Assembly: GCA_951406725.2 (NCBI GenBank)
Contig: OX597835.1
Location: 22,692,001-22,756,000, forward strand
Length of the DNA stretch: 64,000 nt
DNA from: Octopus vulgaris
Taxonomy: Eukaryota
Direction of reading: 5' to 3'
Every line of letters begins with the position of its first letter. Position 1 is the first letter of the stretch. Positions 51,175 through 64,000 of this stretch are shown piece after piece. The notes under the pieces are model-generated. The model did no database searches and was not told the origin of the DNA. It saw nothing but the letters and a program-made list of their open reading frames with translations. The position numbers were made by a program, and so were the translations under genes.

Positions 51175-52280
51175 GTGTACAAATGGAGCACCTCGGCTTT
51201 ATTTCCTCATAATTTTCAGAAAACTTAATATCTGTTAATGAAATATTCCACAAATACGCTTCAGATAGTGTAGATTCCGATTATATTGGAACTTGTGGCG
51301 AAAATATTTTTCGTAGAATGCGGCGACGAGTTTCGGAAATTTCACATAAGCTGGCTTTGTTTCCTCATAACTTTGAGAAAAGTGGGTAAATTTTTATGAT
51401 ATTTTCTACAAATACCTTTTCAGAGTATGCAAATTACAAAAATATCGGAATTTAATGTTAAAAACAATATTTGGTAGGTTCGTACTCATACATACTGGCA
51501 CAAATCACATACATCTACAAAATGAAACTTGAAATTTCGAAGAAAATTGCGATGAGGTGATGTGTGTCAATATGTATGTGTACATGTTCACCAATTTTTT
51601 CTTCCATATTGAATTCCGATATAATTGCAAGGAGTGGCTGTGTGGTAAGTAGCTTGCAAACCAACCACATAGTTCCGGGTTCAGTCCCACTGCGTGGCAT
51701 CTTGGGCAAGTGTCCTCTGTTATAGCCTCGGGCCGACCAATGCCTTGTGAGTGGATTTGGTAGACGGAAACTGAAAGAAGCCTGTCGTATATATGTATAT
51801 ATATGTGTGTGTGCGTTTGTGTATCTGTGTTTGTCCCCCTAGCATTGCTTGACAACCGATGCTGGTGTGTTTACGTCCCCGTCACTTAGCGGTTCGGCAA
51901 AAGAGATCGATAGAATAAGTACTGGGCTTACAAAAGAATAAGTCCTGGGGTCGATTTGCTCGATTAAAGGCGGTGCTCCAGCATGGCCGCAGTCAAATGA
52001 CTGAAACAATTAAAAGAGTAAAAGAGAGTACAGACTCTGAAAGGTATTTCATAAAAAAATTACCCATTTTTCTGAAAGATATGAAGAAACAAGACCAACT
52101 GGTGTGAATTTTCCGAAGCTCCTCCCCCACGCTTGGAAATTTGTTTTCACTACAAATTCCAATGTAATCGGAATCTACACCATCTGAAGCGTATTTGTAG
52201 AAAATTTCATGAAAAAATATCCGTTTTTCTGGAAGTTATAAGGGAACAAAGTTAGGTGGGCACAATTGTGTAGATACACA
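51175..52280. mobile_element. DNA-transposon remnant with ~250-bp imperfect TIRs and a nested family-A SINE
   Basis: acaaatacgcttcagatagtgtagattccgatta versus taatcggaatctacaccatctgaagcgtatttgt; SINE at 51630-52029. Confidence 0.7.
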
Positions 52281-52519
52281 CACAAAAGAAAACACGAGAT
52301 TAAAACATCCTGGCAGATAGCAATTAAGTACTCAATATAAAAGAAAGAATATGATTAAATTTCCAGCAAGTTGCTACCAATAAATGTTAGTAGAATACAA
52401 ATCCTTGGTAAATCCTCATGCCTGACAGGTAAATCCAACAATCCTTTTGTAAAATTTCAAAAAATTCAGCGTATTTAACAATCAATAATATGTACGAAAA
52501 AAAATCATATTATTGGTTG

Positions 52520-52559
<40 letters not shown>

Positions 52560-52560
<1 letters not shown>

Positions 52561-52761
52561 TCGCCATGATAGATCGTTAGCCACTACACACATTTTTTTC
52601 TCTCCTTTTTTCTTTCCTTGTTTTTTTTTTCTGTGTCCCTTTCTGTAGAAGAGCGTAGACTCGAAACGTAAAATACTTTTTCTATTTCTGAGCGTTATAC
52701 TAATACATTTGTTTGTTTTGTACACCACCTGTCTTCGTCTTTTGTTTTTTTCGTAACCTCT

Positions 52762-52765
<4 letters not shown>
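52560..52765 (+). mobile_element. Short non-autonomous element with decayed HHR (sibling at 59640-59825)
   Basis: Shared tagccacta...gaagagcgtag.ctc.aaa.gtaaaa...ctaataca...cctgtcttcgtcttttgt. Confidence 0.6.
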
Positions 52766-52844
<79 letters not shown>

Positions 52845-53164
52845 AATAAGGATAATATCGATATTATCAGGTGGCCAGCATGGGAAAAAATACTGTACAA
52901 AGGTGATAATTTTTTACAACTAAAAATAAGGGTGTCTGAGAGACATCACCATGCCGAAATAGCAGTCAAAACCCTGACTTTAAAAACTACGTTAAATGTT
53001 CATATTGTACCATGAGATAAGACAGAGGGACAAAATAGACTAGCAAAAAATATTATTGAATAATTCAAGATCCAGGATTTCTGATTTTGCTTTAAATAAG
53101 CTTTACCGTCATCGGTTGAATATATCAAAGTACATAAATACAGATATATATTTATTTTTAGTTA

Positions 53165-54080
53165 TATATATATATATTTATATAAATGAGGGTGCACAGT
53201 AGCACCGGCGATTGCTGGAAATGAGAGTCGAGATTTAACTCGGAAAGCCACGAACATATCATTATAATACCTTATTGTATTGATAATATACACTTTAACT
53301 GTTTTGAATTTTAGCGCTTGCTCATCAACGGTTTTTCCTTCACATAAACTATTACGAGGCAGGCTGTCTCCTTTAACTCTGAGTAGTAGTGAAGGCCTCT
53401 GACGAGAAACAAGATCATTCTGATCAAATTTCGAAATCACGTGATATGGCTTTATCTAACTATTTCATTCTGTGAGTTTATCTCACAAGGGAAGATAATG
53501 AATGTTTTTAGCAAGCGTAGTTGAAGTTTTATAATTAGGAGTTTTGAAAGAGTTTAAATGTGCACGATACCTACGTTTGAAATCTATGATGTTACCAATA
53601 TGTGGTCCATGTGTTAATACATTTGTATATAACATTTTTACAAATACAAAATCCCGCCAGGGGCCAAGATTCAGGATCTCGACAGTTACAGTTTTTTCTT
53701 CAACTAATTAGATGTATGGTCTTCAGTTTTGGTGGAATTAGAGGCAATAGGTTGTTGTGACGCCAAGGAGGAGCGTTTAGATTGTCGGAATCTGTTTTAG
53801 ATAGGACGAGTACATTAGGATTGCAAGTTACAACTACTTTGCCAGTGGAGTCAGGTCTAAAATGATGTACTTTATTTGTCCTCGTGTGTATAATTCCTTG
53901 AGATTGAATTTTAGATATGTTAATTGATCCCTATTCTCGAACTTAGAAATGATTTCTGCTTTCGTTATTCATGCTTTCATGCTTTTCCGCTTTGAATATG
54001 TGAAGCTCAAGTAGGTACCCCAAACCGTTTTGAAATATAGTCAAAGCTGATCTGTAAATTCTCAATTTTTAACGTTTTAA
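53165..54080 (-). mobile_element. Penelope-like element fragment (Cys linker + GIY-YIG endonuclease)
   Basis: Minus-strand translation across frameshifts: KVVVTCNPNV ... NCNCRDPESWPLAGFCICK(N)VIYKC ... IG ... FKRRYRAHLNSFKTPNYKTSTTLAKNIHYL, the typical PLE CNCR..CPL.G.C..V.Y / YIG..FK.R..H..SF signature. Confidence 0.75.
53391..53453 (+). ncRNA. Hammerhead-like motif antisense to the PLE endonuclease C-terminus
   Basis: AAGGCCU-CUGACGA-GAAA(CAA GAUCA UUC UGAUC AAA)UUUC-GAAA-UCACGUGA-UA|UGGCUU; core intact, U-U mismatch at the first stem-I pair. Confidence 0.45.
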
Positions 54081-54099
54081 AAGAACTAGATTCTATCCA

Positions 54100-54540
54100 A
54101 GGGCGGACCCAAGGTGGAGCCTGAGGGGCACGTGTCCCCTTCAAGAAAAGAAGTGTTGTTTTTTTGTTCCTTCTCGAGCCATGCATGGCTCATAAGGACC
54201 GGTTCTCCGGTTTCATTGGCGTATAGGTTCCGCACCTGGACGGGATGTTGGTTTCGTCGCAGGTGAGGAGAGAGTGAGAGAAAGTTGTGACGAAAGAGTC
54301 AGCAGAAGTTCGCCATTACCTTCTGCCAGAGTCACGTCGATCTTAGGTATTTCGCTTATAAACACACACATCGCCCGGTCAGAGATTCGAACCTGCGATC
54401 CCTCGATCGCGAGTCCGCTGCTCTAATCACTAGGCCATGTGCCTCCACCAAGAAAAGAAGCGCACCTTTCTAAATAATGTTATTATGCCCTTTTCATCCC
54501 TTCTGACCCACCTCCGAAAAATTCCTGGGACCGAGCCTGC
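54100..54540. mobile_element. Harbinger-like MITE remnant with a nested family-C SINE (54175-54447, minus)
   Basis: Ends agggcggacccaag / cctgggaccgagcct; inner tRNA head ggaggcacatggcctagtgattagagcagcggactcgcgatcg on the minus strand. Confidence 0.55.
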
Positions 54541-55324
54541 TATCAGTTATATAGGCACGCACGCACGCATGCATACGCGCGCGCGCACACTGAGAGGCGC
54601 AGGCGTGGTTGCTAAGAAACTTGCGTTGCAACCACGTGGGTTCAGGTTCGGTCCCACTGTGTGACACTTCGGGCGAGTGTCTTTTACAATAAACCCGGGC
54701 TGACCAATGCCTTGTGAGTGAATTTCGTAGACGGAGGCTTTGTTGAAGCCCGTCGTGTGTGTGTGTGTGTATTTGTGTGTGTGTGTGTGTGTGTGTATTT
54801 GTGTATATGTGTGTGTACGTATGTCTGTTCACCTCTTGAAAACCGATGAAGATTTGTTTACTTGTTTACTTGTTTACTTCCCTGTACTTTAGTTCGAGTA
54901 AACAACAGAATAAGTAGCAAATTAAAAAAAAAAAAAAGTACAGGGTCGATTTGCTTGATTCCTTCAAGGCGGTGCCCCAGCATGGCCGCAGTCCATTGGC
55001 AGAAGATATTCTTTAATCCTCTCTTTCTCATCTCGTTTTCCCCTGTTTCTTTCTTCTTCGTACCTTAACGTATATCTGTCCCCTTTCTTTCTCAATCTCT
55101 CACTCATTTTTTCCCTTCTTCTTGATCCTTTTTGTCTTCTTTGCATTTTCCTTCTCTTACATAAGTCTTTTTTCTTATTCTACACCTTTCTTTCCATTCG
55201 CTCGTTCTCCTTACCTTTTGCTGTTTATTTTCTCTCCTTTTAATTTCATTCTTTCTCATCGTTTCTTGTCTGTCTTCCTTCATTTACTTTGTCATTATTT
55301 TTTCTTTTTATTACTTTCACACGC

Positions 55325-55415
<91 letters not shown>

Positions 55416-56208
55416 GATAGAGATAGAGATAGAGAGATAGAGATAGAGAGAGAGAGATAGAGAGAGATAGATAGAGAGAGAGATAGAGATAGAGAGAGAG
55501 AGATAGAGAGATAGAGAGAGAACACGCACATACGTACAGACACAACGTTCACGCGCATAAAATGCGCATACATTCAAGCACATACTCACACTCAAAATAC
55601 ACGCATACACAGAAACCCACACCATATGCACACACACACGCACATGCAAACACGCATATACACACGCATACACACGACATACATACACAGACACGCACAC
55701 GTACATACGCACGCATACACACATACACACACAAACACACAATACACGCGCATGTATTACAATATTTGCCTCTCTTTCTCACTCACTCATTGACTCTCTC
55801 TATTTTTCCTCTCTCTCACCCCACCTCTCTCTTCAACAGAAGTGAGGGCTTCAACTAGACTGCAACCAGAACACACAAGCACTCACTCACACACACACAG
55901 TTCTCTTCTATCTGTACCTATAATAAGACACGAACGAAATTCTGCAAGCATCATTTTCTCGTTTACTCTTGCAGTGAAAGGACAAGACAATCATAAATCC
56001 ACAATCATAAAAGAAAAGAAAACAACTTAACCTTAAAGAAAAAGCACGAAAGAAAACAAAATCACAATGTATATAGATACAAGGTTTGGGAACCTGAACG
56101 AAAGGTCCTAATCAAGGACCTGAGACCAAAAAAGATCGGGGGGAAAATTGGAAAATATATTTAATATATTATACATATAAACGTGATTTGATATAACGAT
56201 TGCAAAAT

Positions 56209-56281
<73 letters not shown>

Positions 56282-56505
56282 CAGACAGAATGACAGAGAA
56301 AGCGAGCAGTTTCTAGGGATACCATACCTGGCAGTCTAAAAGGTAGGTAAGTACACACCTCGTTTTATTCTTCTCTCTAGTTTCTCTTGTTCTTTCTGTC
56401 TTTCTGTAATTCGTTCCCTCACCTTTTAATAACTCGTTCTATCTTTCATTCACTTATTCCTTCTTTCAGAAACCTCAATCACACGACCGCTCGTTTTGTC
56501 ATTTC

Positions 56506-56588
<83 letters not shown>

Positions 56589-56590
56589 AT

Positions 56591-56731
<141 letters not shown>

Positions 56732-56738
56732 CTCTCTT

Positions 56739-56769
<31 letters not shown>

Positions 56770-56902
56770 ATATCTGTCTTTTGTCTGCCTATCTACCTCC
56801 ACACACACACACACACACACACGTATGTATGCATATATGCATGTAGGTATATATGTGTGTGCAACTGTGTGTCTGTGTATGTATGTCTCTCTCTCGCTCT
56901 CT

Positions 56903-56950
<48 letters not shown>

Positions 56951-57455
56951 CACACACTGTAAAAAGAAGAGAATATGTTGTAATCCAATGCAAAATTTAT
57001 TATTTCCAATTTTTTCGTTTCTGATCTTCGGACGATTGAATCGAAAATCGAAAAGAGAAACTCGGAGTAGCGATTTTTGATGGTTTCACATTTCTAGATA
57101 CGAGTTAGACACACAAGTGCGCGCGCGATTCCTGTGTGTGTGCTCGTATATACAATTTATATATCCAAATAAAATTACATATATATATGCATAAAAATAT
57201 ACGTACGCATGTAGACATGCACACATAAGCAAACAGCTGCATGCATACATTTACTCACGCATACTCGCGCGCGCATACATACATATACACATTCACACAT
57301 CTAGCCATTCATATATTCATACGGACACACACGCGTAGTTATACACATACATACTGTCATCACACACTTATACATATGCACATACATTCCCACAGACATG
57401 GACATTTACATACACACATACATACATTCATGTATACACAGATCTATCTATCTGT

Positions 57456-57497
<42 letters not shown>

Positions 57498-57498
57498 C

Positions 57499-57545
<47 letters not shown>

Positions 57546-57546
57546 C

Positions 57547-57694
<148 letters not shown>

Positions 57695-57781
57695 GGAGTA
57701 AACACATAAATGTGAAACAAGGTGGAAAAAAGAGTACTCAAATACCAGTGGTAGAGTAATATGCTTTATTTTAAGCAGCAG

Positions 57782-57832
<51 letters not shown>

Positions 57833-58085
57833 TATTTGTAAGAGTATATATATTATATTCACTCACACATGCATCATAGATTTACAAAACAAATATATTT
57901 ACATACGGTCATACAAATTTGCATATATCTACATATATCTATAAACGTGTAAATCTCTGCGTGAGCATGTATGTGTGAGGGCGCATGCACGTGTAGATAT
58001 ATGCAAATTTGTGTATGTATGAATATGTATGACCTTATGTAAATATATTTGTTTGTAAATCTATGATGCATGTGTGAGTGAATAG

Positions 58086-58117
<32 letters not shown>

Positions 58118-58247
58118 CTATAACATATACACACATAAATGTGTGCATTGATATACATATATGTGTGTGGATATACGACGGTATGTATGCGTGTATGTAG
58201 TAGATACGCATGTTTGTGAATATATGCATGTATGCATGCGTGAGCAA

Positions 58248-58317
<70 letters not shown>

Positions 58318-58385
58318 CTGTGTATACATGAATGTATGCATGTGTGTATGTAAATGTCCATATCTGTGGAAATGTATGTGCATAT

Positions 58386-58469
<84 letters not shown>

Positions 58470-58477
58470 ACATATAC

Positions 58478-58543
<66 letters not shown>

Positions 58544-59024
58544 TCAAAACCTATGCAAATGCCGTCATCTGTCTGACATACGCGATTTCCTGTGAGATCA
58601 TTAAACTGCAAGAAAGAACAGCAAAATCTGGCTCAACTCAAAATTCTATTGTCGTCAACATGTTAAATAATGTTGTCTTACTTCTTGCTAAAAAGACTGG
58701 TTGGTTTACAAATGGAATGTCACAGAAATAATGCATTGACTAAAAAAAGAACAACTATAATTATATTCAAAAAAAAAAAAAAAAAAAGAATATTTTTATG
58801 TAGTTGCACAGTCTGCTAGAAATAGCAGTCAAATTTTTCTTCAAATCACATTGTGATGTCTGTGAACGAAGAGATACATTGAACAATGTAGGCTTTAATA
58901 CTGGACTGGACTGCTCAATCAAAGCTGATATGGAACTTAAAAACAACAGCCATAATTCTCTTTCTTCCTTCCTCTCTTCTTTCTTCCTTTCTTCTTTCTT
59001 TGTTTTTCTTTCTTTCCTTCTTTC

Positions 59025-59076
<52 letters not shown>

Positions 59077-60644
59077 TCTTTCTCTCTCTCTCTCTCTGCT
59101 GCCACTACATAAAATTCGTCCAGTACACTCTGTAAAGTAATTGGCACTAAGAAGGGCATCTACCATACCCCAACCCCATGACTAAACATGCGTTTACGGA
59201 AGACTGGAAACGAAGGACACTGCTTGCGTAACAGTGACACTCGTTTACAACTGTCACAGAATGTCAAGGCAAAGAGACAGTTACATATGTACACTCACAC
59301 TTTGGTATGTCTTCTAGTACAGCCTCTGACCGACCAAAGCCCTGTGAATGGATTTGATTGATGGAAACTGAAAGAAGCCTGTCAAATATATGTGTGTGTG
59401 TGTGTGTGTGTGTTGAGTGTTTGTCCCCCACCACTGCTTGACAACTGGTGTTGGCATGTTTATGTCCCCGTAGCTTAATGGTTTGGCAAAAGAGACTGAT
59501 AGAATAAGTACCAGACTTTGAAAAGAAAGAATACGTTCTGGAATCAATTCATTCCACTAAAATTCTTCAAGGTGATGCCCCAGCATGGCCACAGTCTAAT
59601 GGCTGAAACAGGTAACAGATAAAAGAGAAATAATATATGATTGACCGCTAGCCACTAAAGCTTTTTTTTATTCTCTCTCTGTTTATTTTCTCATGTTCCT
59701 TTCTGCTGAAGAGCGTAGGCTCAAAATGTAAAAGACTTTCTCACCTTCCCAAGCATTAAACTAATACACCTGTTTGTTGTTTATACGCCTGTCTTCGTCT
59801 TTTGTATTTTTGCAAATTCCAACTATATATATATATATTAACGTTTTTTTTTAATACATACATTACGAAGTGTGTGTGTGTTTGTGTGTGTATAGTAAAG
59901 GTGCATGGCACCGTGGTTAGAGTGTCAGGCTCACAATCATGAGGTAGTGAGTTCGATTTCTGGACCAGTCTGTGTGTTGTGTTCTTGAGCAAGACACTTT
60001 GTTTCACATTATTCCAGTTCACTCAGCTGTAAAAATGAGTCGTGATATCACTGTTGCCAAGGGTAACATTGGTAGCATGGAGAAGGGAAGCTGGTATGCA
60101 TGGGCTACTGCTGGTCTTTCACACTTGAATGGTGCTTTTTATGTCCCACTGGCATGGGTGCTAGTCAAGCGGCACTGGCATTGGCCATGCTCAAATGGTG
60201 CAATTTATGTGCCAGTCAGGTGGCACTGGCATCAGCCACACTTGAATGGTGCATTGTACATGTCACTGGCACAGGTGCCAGTCAGGTGGCACTGACATCG
60301 GCCACACTCAAATGGTGCTTTGGTGCTAGTTAAGCAGCACTGGCATTGGCCACGCTTGAATGATGTTTTTTACATGTCACTAGCACTGGTGCCAGTCAGG
60401 CGGCACTGGCATCAGCCATGACTACAATTTCACCTGGCTCAACAGGTGTGAGCCAGGTGTGATAATGATCCTACAGACCGTTCACTACCCATTTCCATAT
60501 ATTATGGCTTATATTACATAACATTTGTATGAAAGATATGGAACGAAAAATAGCTTGTTTATGAAAATAATGGTAATGTCAATTTGACTCTTCTCCTTAC
60601 TACTTTTAAATTATTACATGTGTGTGTGTGTATTTATATATATA

Positions 60645-61161
60645 CTAGCAGTATTGCCCGGCGTTGCTCGGGTTTGTAAAGGAAATAACTATATAAGCAT
60701 TTTTAGAGAGTTACTTCCCTTATAGATGCCAATTCGGGCTTTCTTAGCCATTTCTGTTTTGGTGTCTTCAAGCCATGAAGTCGTTGTTCTAAAAGAACGC
60801 TGGTCTCCTTGACAACGCATTACGACGTTGATTTGCTTACACTCCCTTCCCCACAGCTTCACGAGGGAGGGAAGAAGGGGGAGAAGCAAACACAGGTGCA
60901 GGTGTTTGAGCGTGGACGCCAACACCGCCGCCATCGACACACGAAAAATTATGCATTAATATGGAATAAAAAATGATGTTAAATTATTTTTAAAATCGTA
61001 GACTCATCGTAGACGCGCGCTAATACTCAGACGGGCTCGATATGAATCACGACTATAAGATACCCGAATTTGGTTAAACTGCACCGCAAAATGTGGGAGG
61101 AGTTAGGAATCTAAATCGAAGGGGACAGACACTCACACAACTACAGTTTTATATATATAGA
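60645..61161 (-). mobile_element. Non-autonomous Helitron
   Basis: Minus strand starts TC (61161) and ends with the hairpin cccgagcaacgccggg then CTAG (60645); inserted between A and T with no TSD. Confidence 0.8.
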
Positions 61162-61602
61162 TATCTGTGTGCACGAATCTGTGCATGCACACACACACAC
61201 ACGCATGCACACGCGCACGCTGTTTATTTGTTTGTCAATTCATTTTTTAATTACTGCCCTATATTCAACTAATACTTTGTTCTGAAGCATACATTGAGTT
61301 CTACACCAGGTTATTACCCTTGAAATGTCTAAGGGAAGTGTGTGTGTGTGTATGTGTGTGTGTGTGTGTGTGCATGTGTGTGCATGTGTGTGTATACACA
61401 CACACATAAATATAGTTATACATATATATATCATCATCATCATCATGTGACCGACCAGTCCATCAGATGTAGTTACACATCGCTGGCCACAATGCGTTCG
61501 CATTGTTTTAGCCTTCGAATGACACCACACCGCTGGCTAAGCGAGCAGGCCAACAGAAGAAAGAGTGGTGAAAGAGTACAGCAGGGATCACCACCTCCTG
61601 CC

Positions 61603-61647
<45 letters not shown>

Positions 61648-62451
61648 TATTACAGTCATGCATGTGTGCATGTGTGGGTAGGCATGGTTGTTTACATGTA
61701 AGAAAAAAATTAGCTACAAGAAATAAGTCTAAGTGGCCAGTGGCATAAATGTGGACAATAAAGATGATTAATGGTACACTGGACATCATACAAGATAAAT
61801 TCATAATTTATTGAAGCTAACCTCCCTTCTGACATGAATAAATCATTTCAATTAAGCAAGAATTCCTTTTGTATGGCATTATGTATATATGTATGTATGT
61901 CACTATTCAGTTATATTTCTTGCCAATAAAAAGCCAGTTTCTAACATAGATCCAAGGGTCCTTCATCGGAATTTCAACATCAAAAGGGTATGTATGTATG
62001 TATACTCTTTTACTCTTTTACTTGTTTCAGTCATTTGACTGTAGCCATGCAGGAGCACCGCCTTTAATCGAGCAACTCGACCCCGGGACTTATTCTTTGT
62101 AAGCCCAGTACTTATTCTATCGGTCTCTTTTGCCGAACCGCTAAGTGACGGGGACGTAAACACACCAGCATCGGTTGTCAAGCAATGCTAGGGGGACAAA
62201 CACACACACACAAACACACACACATACACACATATATATATATATATACATATATACGACAGGCTTCTTTCAGTTTCCGTCTACCAAATCCACTCACAAG
62301 GCATTGGTCGGCCCGGGGCTATAGTAGAAGACACTTGCCCAAGATGCCACGCAGTGGGACTGAACCCGGAACCATGTGGTTGGTTAGCAAGCTACTTACC
62401 ACACAGCCACTCCTGCACCTGTATGTATGTATGTATGTATGTATGTATGTA

Positions 62452-62487
<36 letters not shown>

Positions 62488-63550
62488 TGGACGTACGTAT
62501 GTATGTATGTATGTATGTATGTACGTATGTATGTATATATATATGTATGTATGTACGTACGTATGTACGTATGTATGTATGTATATATGTATGTATGTCA
62601 TTATTCAGTTTTATTTCTTGCCTATAAAGAGCCAGTTTCTAACCTAGATCCAAGGGTCCTTCATCGGAATTTCAACATCAAAAGGGTATGTATGTATGTA
62701 TGTATGTATGTATGTATGTATGTGTGTGTGTGTGTGCTGATTTGTATGTTTTGGCTTATGTATGTGTTCTCATGTATATAGTTGAATGTGTAGACATGCT
62801 CTAATATACTTAAATGATAAACTTCTGGAAAGTTTTACAGGTTTTTACAGTTCCAGTGATAGCTTTGATTTGTAGCCTTTAAATCATCTTTCCCCTTGTT
62901 TGTTCATTTATTTGTATGTATATATGTTTGTTTGTCTGGTTTTTTTTTGCATGTATGTATGTATATATGTTTGTATGTGTGTTTGTTTGTATGTATGTAT
63001 GTATATATTTGGCATAGGCATTGGTGTGTGGTAACAAGTTTGCTTCTCATCCACATGGTTTTGGGTTCAGTCCCACTGCATGGTACCTTGGCCAAATATC
63101 TTTTACTATAGCCTCAGGCAGACCAAAACCTTGTAAGTGGATGTGGTAAGTGGAAACTGAAAGAAGCCCATTGTGTGTGTGCTATATGTCTTTTCATGTG
63201 TGTGTGTGTGTGTGTGTGTGAACTTGTATGTGCACATGTCAGCGTGTGTTTATACATCTAAGTGTGTCTGTGCTGGCATACATATGTGTTTGTGTGTGTG
63301 TGTGTGCACTTGCATGTATGCATAGTGCTTATAATGAGTTAATGGAAAGAACAACCAGAATTTGTTCTGTAATAACTGACTACAGAACTGTATTGTCGTT
63401 TCAACTCACTTGACTGGTTTTAATCTTTTATTCTTTTTAATGAAACACTTTCGCTCGACATTCACCCGTCTTGTCCTTCAGACATTAATATACACAAACA
63501 TATACACATATATAAGCATATATACATATACATCACGCATGCTTGCTGAG

Positions 63551-63590
<40 letters not shown>

Positions 63591-64000
63591 GTATATATGT
63601 ACATAGATGTACACACACATGTATGTATGCATGTATGTATCTAATATACACATACTGTCTATTTTGCTGAGTGGTTGGTGTTAGGAAAGGCATCCAGCCA
63701 TAATAACCCTGTCAAAACAGACACAGTAGCCTGGGGTAGTCTTCTACATAGCCGGCTACTGTCAACCGTCTTATCCAACCCATGTATGCATGGTAGACAA
63801 ACATTAAACAATGATGATGGTATTTATATATATATATATATATATATATCGTTGGTATTTATAAATTGTGAAACACCATCGGTATGCAAATTAGGGACTC
63901 CTTCATAGAGTAACTATTGCATTTGTTAAGTATATAAACAGTTTGGTGGATTGTTTCTCTGGAGGCTGTCAGAATGATGTAGATGCCTCTGATGAAAACA

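Overview
Eukaryotic, AT-rich genomic DNA, dense in microsatellites and retroposons. The SINE/LINE repertoire and (AT)n/(ATAC)n/(TATC)n load point to an octopus (coleoid cephalopod); this is inference. The only confidently recognisable host gene is the 3' end of the NMD factor SMG7: three phase-compatible + strand exons at 1400-1527, 3817-4103 and 5056-5139, followed by a long SINE-free putative 3'UTR. The rest is a mosaic of tRNA-derived SINEs, RTE/CR1/Hero-type LINE fragments, a Penelope-like (GIY-YIG) fragment, MITEs, a non-autonomous Helitron, foldbacks and minisatellites. Almost all listed ORFs are microsatellite or TE artefacts. The most interesting signal is a dispersed set of minimal, Penelope-type hammerhead ribozyme (HHR) motifs carried by short non-autonomous, often inverted-dimer elements. 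These include a tRNA-Arg(ACG)-headed SINE with a 3' hammerhead, and families whose catalytic-core 3:8 pair covaries (C3:G8, G3:C8, U3:A8). Clustered RFX X-boxes, a CRE pair and a possible unannotated minus-strand spliced transcript are also noted. All structures were read by eye; no folding or database search was run.
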